Shown here: one piece after another, positions 42,584-57,964 of the stretch
Numbering within the stretch: the first letter of the stretch is position 1
Layout: each line of letters begins with the position of its first letter
NCBI RefSeq assembly: GCF_036321535.1
Contig: NC_087472.1
Location: 92,630,001 to 92,694,000 of the forward strand
Direction: 5' to 3'
From: Camelus dromedarius
Taxonomy: Eukaryota
Length of the DNA: 64,000 nucleotides
Position numbers and translations under genes: made by a program
The notes under the pieces: generated by a model
Told to the model about the DNA's origin: nothing
Databases searched by the model: none
The model's input: only the letters and a program-made list of their open reading frames with translations

Positions 42584-43337
42584 CTAAAATTATTCAATGG
42601 CTATACGATGAACACTTTAAAATTTTTCAAACGATTTATCATTCTACATTTCCTGGTGTTTGTGTTGTATTTTCTTTTGTGCTATGTTCATTCTCTCAAT
42701 TTTATGAGTGTAGGGACCATGTTTATCTCACCCATCTTTCTGTACTCAGCACAGTGCATAGGTATTTGCTATCATCTCACTGTTTCCTAAGTCTTTGTTC
42801 AACATATCAAAAAAAGTAAAAACTGCAATTTTTAACAGTCTGATCACTGAGATCATCTCATTCAACTAATCCTATTTATTTTCCTATTCTGAAGTTTTCT
42901 GGGTATAAAAATACAAAATAGTATTGTCTAAGTTCTCTTTAGTATATATCATGTCACAGTATTAGGAAAAATAATAATAGCACTAACTTTCTAAATGCTC
43001 ACTTAATTATCGAAAATTCACTTTCTCTTAACACACAACTGGTAAATTGTTTATCACTATTTTACAGGTGAGGAAACTGCAGTCACGTGGCTTAATCAGA
43101 ACTTCACCTAAATTCTGCCATTTTATCAGTTTTTCCCCCGAGTTGTTTGACAGCAACAAATATCTCCACCTTTCTATGCAACCAGAGTAGATGTCCCTAA
43201 AAATTCCCTAAGAATCCTTTTATATCCTGTATTCAGCTTATCATTAGACATTGTACAGATATAAATATTTGTAGGAAATGTGTGCAGGCCCTAAAGGAGA
43301 AGCTTGCTGCCAATTTGAAGAGATAAGCTGTGCTTAC

Positions 43338-43517
43338 ATTGAAACTGAAATATTGTTCAAAAGCAACACATTATTAAGCATGAGACTATGAGGTACAATA
43401 TAAAATTGTATGTGTAATTCAGAAATGGAAATATCCAGCATAGTCTGGTCAGAGCCAATACTCTAGAGCTGCAGCTCAAGAATTTACAAGGACAGACAAA
43501 ATCACTGCATATGTTCC
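43338..43517 (-). pseudogene. Pseudo-exon (motor: LAK.LY.RLF.WIV..IN helix)
   Basis: caccaacag|...|gtaagc; includes FLNYTYNFILYLIVSCL (in ORF-track ORF 43357..43542), then a frameshift to LNNVLL. Confidence 0.6.
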
Positions 43518-43617
43518 CTGTTGGTGCTTTCATTTTCTCCATTCGAATGTGAAATAATCACCTCCAAAATATTCATTGATATATGATTTTAATATACTTC
43601 TACAGAACTATCCTTAC

Positions 43618-43758
43618 AGTCAATTTTCAATTATTAAGTCCCTTTTGTCATCTTCCTGGATCATTACATCGTTCATTAGGACCTCTCATTAGAGAAAGAA
43701 ACCCACAGTATCTGAATTGGCATCTTGTAAACAGCTATTTTTAAAGGCTTTAAATTAT
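43618..43758 (-). pseudogene. Pseudo-exon (motor: Am..lG / LhLGNi.F region)
   Basis: tttttgtgtgacag|...|gtaagg; *FKAFKNSCLQDANSDTVGFFL**EVLMNDVMIQEDDKRDLIIEN*. Confidence 0.6.
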
Positions 43759-46700
43759 CTGTCACACAAAAAGAATCTGATGAGACACATAAAATATAAA
43801 TAAAAGTGAGACGTTTACTTTTAATATAAAGTGAACATAATAACCACAAGACCTTTTTAGTGGAAACATTCTGAATATGAATATAACCATAATCTTTTAC
43901 GAAAGACTGATTTTTTCAACCTTAGTTACAAAAGAAGAAGGTTGGGGTTGTAATTCCCTTCACATGTTTTATTATGGCTATTATTAATCTAAGAACATTA
44001 AAATTTAGCAAGTTTTTAATACACATTCAGCCTTATTTTATATATAAGAACTTGATAAGGGAATCAATTGCCTATTTCAAATTTCAATGTCACTCTAGAA
44101 CCTTGTCTCAAAATTCTAACCATCTGCTAAATATCCATAAATTTTTTTTAATTTCTCAAATGCAGCATACACATACACACACATGAACACATATATAATC
44201 ATATATACATATATCATATTTCTATATTATGTGTATATGAATAGCTTCAATCATTTATCTTAGCATCTTATCCTCTCTAATATGGTATAATAGAGCCAGC
44301 ATAAAATCCAAACTCAAATCCATATTCTGATACTTCCAAACCATGTGACTTTAGGCAGGTTTCTTAACCTCAGAGAGCCTTACCTTCCCTAATGCTTAAA
44401 ATGAAAGTGTAATACTGAACTACTGCACAGATTAGAAAGAATGTACGCAGTGTCTACTATACTATAAAACAGGAAGAAACTTCTCACTTAGGGAAAACTC
44501 ATCTTTATTGCTATTGTTATTCCTCCCCAAACATGCTCTTCCTCTTGACTGGACTTTTCTTGAATAATGTCATTACCATTCATCCTATCCCAAGGCTTGA
44601 AATCTTAGAATTATCTTGAATAATCCACTTCCAGGCTGAATCAAAGGCAAAGGGCTCTTAATTCTTTTCTTGGAATATGTCATGAATCCATTCCAAAAGC
44701 CACCATCTCTCGTACTACGGTTGCCATATCATCTTCAAAGTGGACAGCCATAAATACTCTGATAGGCTACTTCCCTCTGGTCTTGCTACCCTCAAAGCTT
44801 TCTGCACAAATGATTTGACATGAGTTCTGCTTTCCTTTTGTCAATCTACTGCTACCAATTCTTCATGAGTCCCTAAGTGCCTACAGAAGAAAAAAAATTA
44901 ATTCAAAGTCCATGATTATTTGAATCCAATATACTTTCTAGTCTCATTTTTTAATCTCCTCCTTCAGTCATCCAAACAAACATTTATTGAGCGGGCAATA
45001 TGTTCAAAGCACTGTTCTGACTGTAGGGATACAACCATGAACAATGTACTCATGGCCCAAACCCATGGAGAGCTTTCTTTCTAGTGATAATTAATAGCAC
45101 TGAACAACTACTCTTTAATTCTATATCTGATAAGCACTAGATACAAGTAAATATAGGTTAGGCCCTGACCTTATTGGAGAGTCTGGGAATGCTTCCCTGA
45201 GGAAGTGGTATTTGAAGTAAAATTTAAAGATGAGTAAGATAGAGGGGAGATGTGGGGAGAAAAGGAATTTTAGCATAAGAGGGCATAGCATGTGGGACCT
45301 ACAAACCCTAGGCTTCAAGCCAAATAAATTACTGATATATGCAAAATCCCTATTTTTCTGGTCTCAGAATTTGTGCTTATTTTCTTTTCTATTAGATAAT
45401 TAACCACACTGAGGAAATAGTGATGTGACCCAAATATTTCCAGAAAAAAAGTGCTTTATTTAAGAAGTAAAATATTTTCCTGAAAAATGCTTTTTAACCA
45501 CACAGGCAAAAGATGACTTGATTTGATAGTATGTGCTACTGTACTAAACTAAAAAATAATCTTAGTTTTAGTTTAACATTCATTCAATTCAGTATCCATT
45601 CACATTTTCTTTGCTAAAAAAAAAAATCACCATTAGTATTCTGGACCACCTTTAGCAAATTGTTGGTGTATGACTGTGTCACAAAATTGAGCATCAGTAA
45701 GTGACTTTGGTATCATCTGAAATTGCTTTGAGGAAGACATTTTTAATACCATCAGATACCCTTTCCCAATAAATTTTGTAATCTTTATAAAAATAAAACT
45801 ATTTTCCATTGCCAACATGACAAAAACAAGACAGATTATGTTTTTTTAAAAAAAGAGTGCACGTGTTTTTTTAATGTAGACACACTAAATCTATTAACCA
45901 TTGGACAGTGATGAATTAGGGTTACACATAAGCACACTTAAGCAGCAACCACTATCTACATTACTCATCTAAGAATTTCCAGAGTCAAGGAGTTTTACAA
46001 AGCCAAGTGTAGTACAGTAAGACTTACTCCAAAGTCTTTTAGAATTATTTTCCTTTTTAAAATGAAAATCATTTCTTCTTTTTAATGAAAAAAGTGCTGA
46101 ACTTATTATTCAGTGAAGATTATTTCTGCCTTTTTCAAAATCTTTCCTCTCCTGCTTCTGTGACAGTGTATTTAAAGCCTTACTATATAAAATATCACTA
46201 ATCCTTTTCCTATATATGTAGTAGAAATTTAATAAATATTTATTGGCCTATAAAATAAGAGGAGTGAAACAGATCATAAGATTCCATATAAAACTAACAT
46301 CAAGTGGGGTTTTTCTACTTGAAATCATAACAACAACCCTAAGGAATATATGTTCAGACAGGGCTGAGAAAGGCAAAAGTTGTCAGTGATTCTCAGATCA
46401 AAAGAAGAAAATCCCTTGAAGGAGGTGATTTGGAGTTTTGAAGAGCAAAGCTTCTTTTCAGGTCAGAGAGCCAAGAGAATTATGCTCAACCAGCAGCATT
46501 CTGAATTGTCTTTCTAAAAGATTACTGTCTGACCCACTCATTCTCGGACTTCACAGAATAAAAAGGTAATCAGGGGTATTTTAGTTATTTGTTTGTTTTA
46601 AATAAGAACATTTCTTTCTGGTTGATGTAGAATTGGTAGAATTGAACATACTAGTCTGGCTAAAATACAATACTCTCAATTTTTCAGGTAGTCACATGAG

Positions 46701-47429
46701 TAAAGAAAAAACTTTAAGTACAGTCACACAAAATAAATCCAGATGGAGTTGATATAGGTCTCAAAAAAATCATACTTTTATTTTGAGAAAGGATTCAACA
46801 GCAAAGTTCTGCTACATCTTTGTGGAAAAACAGATTGAGGGCTTTGGTGAGTTTGCAAATTTGTGAAGAGAAATTTGTGAAGGGAAATGAACCAGTTTTT
46901 ATTATAACCAGAGAAAGCTTCCCTAAAAGCAAAAAGCTGTTACCAATAATAGGTAAATCCTTTAAACTCTAAATATGAATGATTACATTTTATAAAATGT
47001 AAGTGTGAGTGGTAAGTAAAAAGAATATCATTAATCATTTCAAATAAATATTATTTGGTAACAAAGGTTTTCAGAAATTTATCATCTTTCATCTTTCAGA
47101 AAGGTTTGGTTAACCTTTTGAATGACTCCCAGAATCAAGTTAAATACTATGTTTAAAATATTAAAGATGTTCATTAAGGGAGGAAAAGGAGGTTAAATGA
47201 AAGTCTCTAAGTTTAAAGATTCCAGAACTGATACAGACAGACTAAAAAACTGTCAGGGAGCAATGGTATTTAAGTATTTCCATGTTTCTGTATGGTCAGA
47301 GCTTTCTGAAAAAATTAAATTGGAAATTCAAGAAAGACACCCTAGAGAGATCTGCATGCATCCCCCCTGGAGCCATTTATATTCCAAGGAGTAATAAACC
47401 TAGGGACTTTCATCTCTACTTCCCAAAGA

Positions 47430-48048
47430 AAAAAGTGCAATAAACAGAAAATAATTACAACATGGCGGATATCAATCCAACTGTGTCAGTCACTATTTTA
47501 AACGTGAATGGTCTAAATGCACCAATTAGAAGACAAAGACTATCAAAGTAGATCCAAAAAAGACAAACCATATAATATCTAGATAAAGACTTAGGTTATA
47601 AGTAAAGGAATGAACAATGACATACCATGTTAGCATGAATTTTTTTTTAATCTAGAATAACTGTATTAACTTCAGACAAAGTAAGACTTCAGAACAGAAA
47701 ATTATCAGGTATAAAGAAGGACACTACATAATTATAAAAGAGTGAATTCTCCAAGAAGACGTAGCAATCCTAAATGTGTATGCACAGAATAACATACAAG
47801 AACAATATGTATGTTAAAATACAAGAGAGGTAAAAATTGATAGAACTGAGAGGAAAAATAGACAAACCCATTATTAAAGGTAAAGATTTCATTTCAATAA
47901 TTGATAGATCAAGCAGGCAGAAAATCAGTAAGGATACAGCTGACTCGGACAGCACCATCAATTAACTTGACCTATCTGACATTATGGAATACTCCATCAA
48001 ACAAGAGCAGAATACACATTCTTCTCAAGCTTGTGTGGCACATTCACA
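47430..48048 (+). mobile_element. Old L1 ORF2 endonuclease-region fragment
   Basis: aacgtgaatggtctaaatgcaccaattagaagaca (NVNGLNAPIRR); agcagaatacacattcttctcaagc. Confidence 0.85.
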
Positions 48049-51000
48049 TCCTGATGTGGTAATGATCATTGTATTGTGGCAATTATAAAGCTACGTCCTG
48101 TCAGATTCATAGCCACCTTCTTTACTCTACCTAGTGACATGGGCTGACTCTGATACCTGAAGCTCAAATAAGCATCCACTACAAGAACAATTGCTACAAT
48201 GAAGAGCAGTAGTTTAGAGCTCCACACAAAGTCTTATACACTGCTCCAAGTAAGAATGTTGGAAATTTATATCTTGACATTCACATCAATTTTCATACTA
48301 TTTTCTCTCTCTCATTCAATTATAACAGTGTGGTCTTGGGTTTACCTGTGCTCAATTCACTTCTTAATTTTTATGACTATTAAATGAGTTAATTTTTGTA
48401 AATCTCTTAGATTAGTTTTGGGCATAAAATGATAGCACAGTAAACACTAGCTATTATTATCAATGTTGTGACAATGATTATGATGATGCTTGAATATGAC
48501 AGCAAGATAGTTAATCATGATACTCTACATCATGCCTATGTGTGTGTGTATGTGTGTTTATATTCTTTTATTCATCAATTTATATTCTTTTACTCATTAA
48601 TTTATATTTTAATTTTGTTCATAAATGATTCAAATATAAAACAAAAACCACAGAAGTAGAATTTTTTAGACTGATGGTTTTGGGTGTAGCAGAGTATGAA
48701 AAGTTCATTGACATGATTTTACATTCAACATTGCAATTAACATTTAAGAAGTTACCGTTGTCTGAAATGGGTGAAAAGGATCAACTGTCTGGTGATGGAT
48801 AGTAACAATTCTCAGTGGTAAGCATGCCATAGTGTATACAGAAGTAAAAATATTATGCTGTACACATTAAATTACATAATGCTATAAATCAATGTAACTT
48901 TAAAAATACACACATTTATGCATTATAGGAACATACTAAACATTTAGCCATAGAATATACACATTTAGATAGCTCATAATAAATACCAATGTTAAGATAT
49001 CTGATTAGGCTTTGTCTTACCACTTCCAATACCATAATTTATTATATAACAGACAAACATAAATTATTTTATTTGATTGACCGCTATCATGTATATTTAG
49101 GAGCAGGAAAACAATGTGCATGCTTAGGAAAGAAATTTTCTTTAGACATCCTTAAACACCACATGCAGAAGGAATAAAGGCTTTGAGTACCTGTGATAGG
49201 TTCCCATGACAATCTGCTTGTATTGCAAGTTTGTGACTGAAGCTGACCTCGCTACTTGGCTATTTCACCTACACGTAGTATAGCTGAGATATTTTCTTTC
49301 ATTCATGAAATAAATATACTGGGGAATTGCTAGAGGTTAAGCTATGAGTAATAAAAGTGTCCCCTGCCCTCATTTTTTTCAGCCTTGAAGGGTAGATAAA
49401 ATGTTCACTATTACCAATTTATAAAATACTTGTTGAAAATGATATAGAGAAGACAGTGATGGAAACCGTTATGTACTACAAAGTCTCCAAACGGATGTCT
49501 CACAACAAAAATTGGTTAGAGAGAGGGAAGAACTACTATTACCTGGAGATTTTTGAACTTCTCTCTGTGGGAAATCCAAAGGTTGAGGATAAGGCAAGGA
49601 ATTTGAGTTATTTAGGAAGTGGGAAGCAGCAAAAGTCCCAATGACCACTTCCAGCAAGAAGACAGAATATCATGATGTGATAAAATGAAGGATAATGGTG
49701 AGGTGGTGTAATCTAGCCAAGGAGAAAAAGACATGGATAAGGGGAAGCCAGAAAGATCATTTTTGTGGGTCACATGAATGTGGAACTTTGGGAGGATCTT
49801 AGAAAGGATTTCTGGGGAACTTTCTGCATGCCATGACGTAACCTAGTAAAAAATGTACACATTATACTTTAAGATCACTGGATGCAGTTCTTTTTTTTTT
49901 TTTTTTTTTAATATTATTCTGTACAGATTTGGGGCTATGTAAGGCCATGGATTATACCCAGATTACATTTAAGTTAACCCAAAGTACTTTAGGAGTTAGA
50001 TGAAGGAAATTCTTCAAAGCTAAAATCATCTTGGAAAGTTTCACAAACGTGCATGAAAGGCTGAGTAATATTTGATTAGGTGGGGATGGAAATTGTCATC
50101 CTACTTTTAAGGAATTGTGTCAATAAAAACAAAGTAAAATTTTACATGATGAACTTGTGAAAACAGATTATATTCCAAACTTTCATGAATGTAGTGATAC
50201 AAGAGATGGAACTAAAAGGTTATCTGTTGCCATTTCTTAGACAGCCTTCAGTTACAACCATCAGAATTTCAGATGCTGGACAAGGGACCCTCACAAACAG
50301 GCTTTTATTTAAGAAATAACTAATGGTAATATTCAGGAAGGGTTGAAGAAAAGCAGAAAATAAAACAAAAATGCATTTTTATAACACAGCCAACAGGACA
50401 AACAAAAATAATTAAATGTCCAAATGGGGTGATAAAGTGAACTAAAAAGCAAAATGCAAAAAAAAATTAATATACATTTCCTCAAAAATAACTGTTACCT
50501 AAGTATTTAAATTATTATATATTAATCCTATTTGAAGCCATATGATGCTTCTTAACTGAAAAAAGTAACAGTAAGACAAGGCCAAGTTAAATTTAATTTT
50601 ATTAAAACTATTAATGTATTATTTATTTTCACCTAAAAATTTTACTCCTATGGTATTACTCCTGTTAATGTTTGTTAAATCATGCGTGAAAGAGGGCTCT
50701 ATGTTCAGACTAGCATATAAATTCACGTTCTTTTTTTTTAAACTCTGTTTGCAAGAAACCATCAAGATTTCAGACATAAACTATGGCCCACCCATTGTTC
50801 TGTTATTCACTATAACTTCATTAGACTTTTTAAGTGATTAACTTCTATTGAAACCAGGACAATTTTCAATGGCACCATTCAAAGTTAGCAACAGTGAAAG
50901 AAATGGAAGCTCAATTCAGAAGTCAAGTCATGTCAGCGTCTATCTGAGGTTAAATAGACTCATACAGGTTAGAGTTGGTGCTAAGTGCAGGAGACTTAAG

Positions 51001-54000
51001 CACATAGATACCAAATTGTTCTGTTGTTTAGACAGAAGAAAAGAGAGGGAAAGAACAAGGCAATTTACATTTTCTCATTTAAGTCTCTTTTCATGCACTC
51101 AGAAGCCAATCCCAATCTCATATGCCATCTAATCTTAGCATCTTAGGAGACTTTTTCTTTTTTCATGAATTCCAAGGCAACATATTCTCACAGAAAAGTT
51201 AACTGCCATTGATTTGATACAGGGATCCTTCTCTTTTTCCTTTAAGCTTCTATAAAGAATGGGCAAATTCCTTTCTGGAATGATTGTTCAGATTTAAAGG
51301 CATTGACAAATAGCAGAGAAATCAATTCAAACAGCTACTAAAGGAATAATACACCAAACACTAGGCTTAAACCACAACTTGGCTTTTACTGGCAGGAAAA
51401 ATGGAAAGTTTTTAAAAATGAAATTAATTATCAATAAATATTTGATTTCAGAGGTAATTTCTAGGAACATTATCAATTAAAGAAATTATGCCAAATTATT
51501 CAAATTTTTCTATTTGTGATAGGTGATGCCAAAATACATTAACCCTGAGGTCTATTTTTTCTGTCCTTTAAAAAAAAAGTTATAGTTATTATGCTTTCAC
51601 CTGCCAATGAGAGAATTATGTATGTGATTAAACAAAAGAGTTTAAAATAAAAGGGGAAATTTTTTCTCCCTTTACTCTCCTTTGCCCACACTTCAGAGGT
51701 AAACACTCCTTTTTAAAAATCAACTATTATCCCAATCTATGAGGTTTTTTCCCCTTGGTTTGAAAACACTGACAATATCTTTTAAATGTATTAACAAGTG
51801 AGAATTATTGCACTCTCAGAATCCACAACTTCTTTCTCTCTAATCAATAATTTTAGTTATATTTTTATATTATCAAGATATATAACATTTACATTCTACA
51901 CTGTAACTTTGAGTCTTCCACGTATTGCAAGTAGATCAGTTTTAAATTTTAAATACTATAATAAGGGCCTTTACAGTCTTATTACTATGTGTCAATGATT
52001 TTGTATAGTAGCAAGTTGTATAAGTAAACCCATAAAGCCAGGAGTGTGAATTGTTATCATTAAAGCATTGATACTTCAGCAGAAATGTTCTCAGAGTCAG
52101 GGTCCAACAGAACTTCTAATTTTTTCATGTCTCTTTATCTCTAGTTTATAATCAGCTGAAACTATTTTCTTGAATCTCAGCTCTCCTTCGTTACTCCTTT
52201 CCTTGAGTAAAATGGACAAAATAAAAAATGTAAAGGGAAAACTGGATGATAGATTGGACAAAGACAAGCAGGTGATGTGATTGATAATTTTGAGAAAAGT
52301 TTCTCTAATTTTAAGCAAAAAAAAAAAAAAGACATAAAAAATAAACCCAAGTAAAGAGACATAGAAAATAAAGGAGATCCAGCACTTATCCAGTAGTTAT
52401 TTTTTTTAACAAATAATAAAGGCAACAAAGGAGGGAAAATAATTAGATAAATAATATTAAAAATTATTCAATAAAGAAAAACAAAAGCTTGAAGACAAAT
52501 GACTGACTTGATGGAGAATAAAACACTGGATACACTGTAAACTTCAAGAGAATTTTTTTAATATCTGAATAATATCAAGAATACTGAGCAACTTTTAAAA
52601 AAACAAGTGAGGAAAATAAAAGTCTCTGTGAAAGAACAAGATTTAGATAGCTCATCATTAATATTGGTCCCTAAAAGTCTGGAGAAGCACTAGAGAGCCT
52701 TGCAAGCATCCATGACTTTATACTTGTAGTTCAAGATCTACCGGAAGTATCAATCGTTCATGAGGCCCAAATAATATTTGGACATGAAAGGACTTTGAAG
52801 TTTAATACTCACAGACTCCGGAAATTGATTTTTATCAGAAAATAATAACTGCAGTATTAAATATAGATTATATGCATTAATATGAAAAATGTTTTATCTA
52901 GCATTTGTAGAATATGCCCTGAGATGTCAGTATTATACATTCTTATAGCAATAAAATAAAATTTTGCTAAAACACAGTTGTAAGCTGACTGAATATTGAT
53001 CATGTAACAAAAAAGCAGTTTAGTCAGAGTTTACTAGCACAAAATCTGAAGCCACACTGCCAGACTACTGGATTCAAACCCCACCACTTATGAGCTGTGC
53101 GACCTTAGGTAAGTTTCTCATGCCCCCAGTTTTCACAGCTACAAAATGGGCCTCATGTGTACTACTACATGGTATATAAGGATTCGTTGCCAGCGTGATC
53201 ATTATAATCATTATTTTTAGCCACCGACAGGTGTAAGACATTTTATACTAAAGTTGTTGAAGTGGGGAGAAAATTTTTTAAACAAGGAAGAAATGAAATT
53301 TTTATATCATTTTAAGTTTAAAATAGATTTTTGTGTATCAATAAAAAGATTCAAACAAAATATCTATTATGATGAACTTGTACAGTTTAGGGAGTATATT
53401 TAGGAATAAAGTTCATATTAGTCTCCTCCCAACAAACCGATCTTTACACGGTACAATTTTAGCCAAGCCTCACTATGGTATCTCCAATATAAAATGCTCA
53501 ATAAATGCTGAGTGGATAAACTCTAGCAGGTGTTAATTAGCAAATATACTGGCATGCTTACTGGCACTGTAGCAACTTATTATTTGTACTGTGAAAGGGA
53601 CCTGGCACATTTATTATGTGATATATAAAAGTCCTTTTCCTTGCAGTAAGTTAGTAGTTGTTCACTCCTTTCACTGAGACTACTGGTTTCCATTCATAAG
53701 AAAGAGCCAGCAAGAATGAACGGACATAGACATCAGATAGATAAAGTAAAATTGGTTGTTTAAATGGTTCTAAATTAAAAATCCCAATCTTGTTTCAAAT
53801 GATCAGATATATAACTATGAAGAGAAGGCAAATTGAGACAATCAATACTTAAAAGTGAAAACATCTGTTTCTCTAAAATCTGTTCATTCTTAGAGCATGC
53901 AAAACTACAGAAAAAGCTATATACTTGGATTCTATTAATTGAGCTCCTTACAGGAATACCTTATACAACCAGAACTGAGTATGGTGCTCATAGATTTTAT

Positions 54001-54029
54001 CACAGTAGTGATTTAAGTGATCATTATTA

Positions 54030-54650
54030 TAGATAGTATAATAAATCCACCCCACCTCTCCCCCAAAAAAGGAGGGCCCAGGCCCTAATCCCTGAAACCT
54101 GTGAATATGTTAGTTTACATGACAAAGGGGAATTAAGGTTGCAGATAGAATTAAGATTACTAATCAGCTGCATTTAAAACAGGGAGATTATCCTGGATTA
54201 AGAAGGAAACCCAATATAATAAGGAGAAGCAGGAAGCAAAAGAGAATCAATAAAGATGGCAGAACAATGAAGTCAAGGCTGATGCTGTAGGCTTTGAAGA
54301 TGGACGAAGGGGACCACAAGCCAAGGAAAGTATGCTGACTCTAAAAACCATAGAAGAGAAGGAAATAGATTCCCCCTAGAGCCTGCAGAAAGAACTCAGC
54401 CTTCTGATACCCTGATTGTAGTCCAGTGAGTCCCATTTTAGACTTAGAATTTCCAGAACTATGAGATGATAAACTCGTTTTGTTTTAAGTCACAAAGTTT
54501 GCAGCATTTAGTTATACAAGGAATAGGAAATTAATACAAGATTTATTAGATTTTGGTAACTAGAAGTGGAATGCTGATGTAACAAATGCCTAAAGATTTG
54601 GAATTGGACAGTAGGCAGAGTCTACAGGAATTTTATGGACCATGACAGAA
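54030..54650 (+). mobile_element. MLT1 (MaLR) LTR plus start of internal sequence
   Basis: cctaatccctgaaacctgtgaatatgtt...gggagattatcctggatt...tcccctagagcctgcagaa...ttttaagtcac...ggaaattaataca. Confidence 0.8.
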
Positions 54651-55894
54651 AATGTCTATCATTTATTTTTTAAACATTGTTAATTAGGTCATTCTGTTTT
54701 TCTTATTAGTCATTCTAAATAATTAAACTTATAACTTTAATGTTAAGAAAAATATTTTCTAACAAATTAGTACGCATTTTTATCTTTACATATAGTAAGA
54801 GCCGTTTAATTATGTTTCCCTCTTTACCATGTTTGCCAAGAAGCTCACAGTTAAATTTTTATTCAACTAGAGTAACCATCTTTAGCCTTGATTTTGTAGG
54901 AGAACTATATTCTCTTTCCATTAGATGGTTCTTGTTTTATCCTTAATTTAATGGCCCTATTATACTTCGTCATTTATATGTAAATCACAGAAAATCTCTT
55001 CTGGAAGTAGGAAGGCAGGAAAACTAACACAGATTCAGCACCTACACTCTTTTTCAGAAACAAAGTCATTAAAATGTCTCTGTAGAACAGCTATTATTCT
55101 CAGTCTATAAAAGAGAAAGTCCCCAAAAGGCTCAGTACCTTACCAGTGATTGCCTATTCAAGGTCTTTACACCAGGATTGCCTGCATTCCAAGAAGAGCC
55201 CTTACTCACACAATCCACCCAGTGTTGCTAAAGGTGAAACGGAGAGGTTAGCTGGTAATCAAGGAAGATTCTATTTCTCCCTTATTAGTCCAGGATTACT
55301 CATGAGCAGTCATTTGAAGATTTTCTCACTCTGACCATTTAGAAATTTTCAAATTTAAAGGTAAAAGATTCCCAGATAGCTTGGAAATTAGAAGAATATT
55401 CAGGTCTCTAGCCAGTCTGTATCTCTTCTCTGAGAGCTGCCAGCCACGCAATGAGCCCTGTGAAAGCCAGGCCCCCTAGCCACAGCTTATGGGTATAAGA
55501 GCTAAACACTTGACTTTAGTGTAGCTAACCAGATAATTTCTGCTAGGAATTAAAAACTCGGGATTACTGATGCTACTTAGCAATTCTCAATTTATGGCTT
55601 GACCTAATGGAATGTGATCTTGGAAGCAGCAAAGAAGTTAATAGTCTTCCAAATACTGGGAGCAGTTAAAAAAAAAAAAAAGCCAGTCCTCAGGTGACAT
55701 CAAAGCAGATGCACAGTTAGAACACATTTTCTTGTTCAGTAGTTGTCTGTCTCTTTGTTATTCAAGATATAGTCCCAGGACCACTGTCAGCAGCATCACC
55801 TGGAAACTTTGTAGAAAGGCAGACTCTCAGGTCCCAGTACTGAACCAGAATCTGCAATTTAAGAAGAACCACAGGTTTTTTCACATTTTAAAAA

Positions 55895-57100
55895 ACAGGC
55901 ATCAAGCTGGGAAAACTGAATATCCACATGCAAAAAGAGTGAAGTAGGACCCTTTCCTCACACTATACACAAAAACTGCCACAAAATGAATCATAGACCT
56001 AAATGTAGCAACTCAAACAATGAAACACGTAGAAAACATAGGAGAAAAATTTTGTGACCCTGGATTAGACAGTCTTCTTAGCTATGAACTAGAAGTACAA
56101 GAGAAAACAAAAATACATACATTGGACTTCATCAAAATTATAACTTCTTGTGATTCAGAGACTACCACCCAGATAACAAAAAGCCCACAGAATGAGAAAA
56201 TATTTTCAAATCACATATTTAAGGAACTTGTATCCAGAATATATAAGGGACTCTTACAGTTCAACAACAACTACATAAATGACCCAATTTAAAAATGACC
56301 AAAGCATATGAAAGAGCATTTCTCCATAGAAGATATTCAAGTGGCCAATAGCTATATATGAAAAACTGTTCAACATTATTAGTCATTGGAGAAATGTAAA
56401 TCACAACCATAATGGCATACCATTTCATAACCAGCAGGTCGCTATAATCAAAAAGACCAACAACACATGTTGACAAGGGCCTGGAGAAATTGGCACATTC
56501 ATATACTGCCAGTGGGAATGAAAACTGGTGTAGCTTCTTTGGAAAATTCTGGCAGTTCCACAAACGATTAAACATAAAGTTACTTCATGAACCACAATTC
56601 CCCTCCTAGGTATATAACCAAGAGAAATGAAAACATATCTCCACATAAAAACTTGCACATTAATGTTCATGGCAGTGTTATTCATAATAGCCAAAACAAA
56701 AAAATTGGAAACAGCCCAGATGTCCATTAACTGATGATAAGATAAATAAAATGTGCTGTATCCATACAATGAAATATTCCACAATATAAAGGAATAAAGT
56801 ATCTTGGATACAATATGCTAAATGAAAGCCAGTCACAAAAGACCAGATATGGTTCCATTTATGTGAGATATCCCTTTACAGGCAAAGCCATAGTGACAGA
56901 AATCAGATTAGTGGTTGCCAGGTGTTGAGGGGAGGGGAAATAATGAGTGCTAATGGGTATAGACTTTCTTTTATGGTTAAAGGAAATGTTCTAAAATTGT
57001 GGTGATGGTTGCACAACTCCATGAATATACTAAAAATCACTGAATTTTAGACTTTAAATGGGTATATTATACAGTATGTGAATTACATGTTCTGTTTTTT
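55895..57100 (+). mobile_element. L1MB-like 3' end
   Basis: gaaaactgaatatccacatgcaaaa...caattcccctcctaggtatataaccaagagaaatgaaaacatat...ggtgatggttgcacaact. Confidence 0.85.
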
Positions 57101-57427
57101 AAAATAATCAATTATTTCTTGTTCTATGATGTAGTTCCAGTGCCTGGCCCAGAAACAAGGTTCTCAATAAACACTTGACGAATAAATAAATACATGAATG
57201 AAAGAAAGAAAGAGACCATGTAGCCCCTGAGACTATTGAGAGTTCTGCTTTAGTCATTTTACTTTCTCTCCTTTATGAATCCCTGCCTCTGTTTGCTAAC
57301 TTTGAATTCCATAGAATAATTCAATAACACTACATGATGATGAATTTTCCTTAAAAATTTTTGAACTGGTTACTCAAACATACCACCTAAAGCTACTTGA
57401 TCTAGACAACACCCTTAAAATGAATAC

Positions 57428-57683
57428 TAAGTTGACCCTTGAATAACATGGGTTTAAACTACATGGATCCACTTACATACAGATTGCTTTCACTAAATAC
57501 GTACTACAGTACTACACAGTCCAAGGTGAATCTAGCATCTACAGATGCGGAACTGTGGATGCAGAAAGCAAACTGTAAAGTTATATGCAAATTTTTTATT
57601 ATGCGGATTTTTCACTGTGCATATTTCTGACTGTGCAGAGGGTCAGTAACCCTAACCCCCGTGTTGTTCAAGGGCTAACAGTA
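57428..57683. mobile_element. Tigger1-derived MITE
   Basis: TIRs agttgacccttgaataac ... gttgttcaagggctaacag. Confidence 0.8.
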
Positions 57684-57964
57684 TTTGCAGAGACATGATT
57701 TTGTATTTCATGAAGGAGTGCTATCAACTAGGTGTAGAAATGCCTTCACTTATTTTCAGATATTAATTACAAAATGAAATATTGTAATATACTCATAAAA
57801 GAGCTACATACTGCTTTCCATGAGGTTACAGTGACTGTTTGTTGCTTAATTGAAGGACTAGAGTTCTTGGACTTACACTGATAGAGGCAATTTTCACCTC
57901 AACGATTATCTCCTATCAGGGACTTCATTATAAAATGTAATATACAAAGTACTCAATGGTTTAC

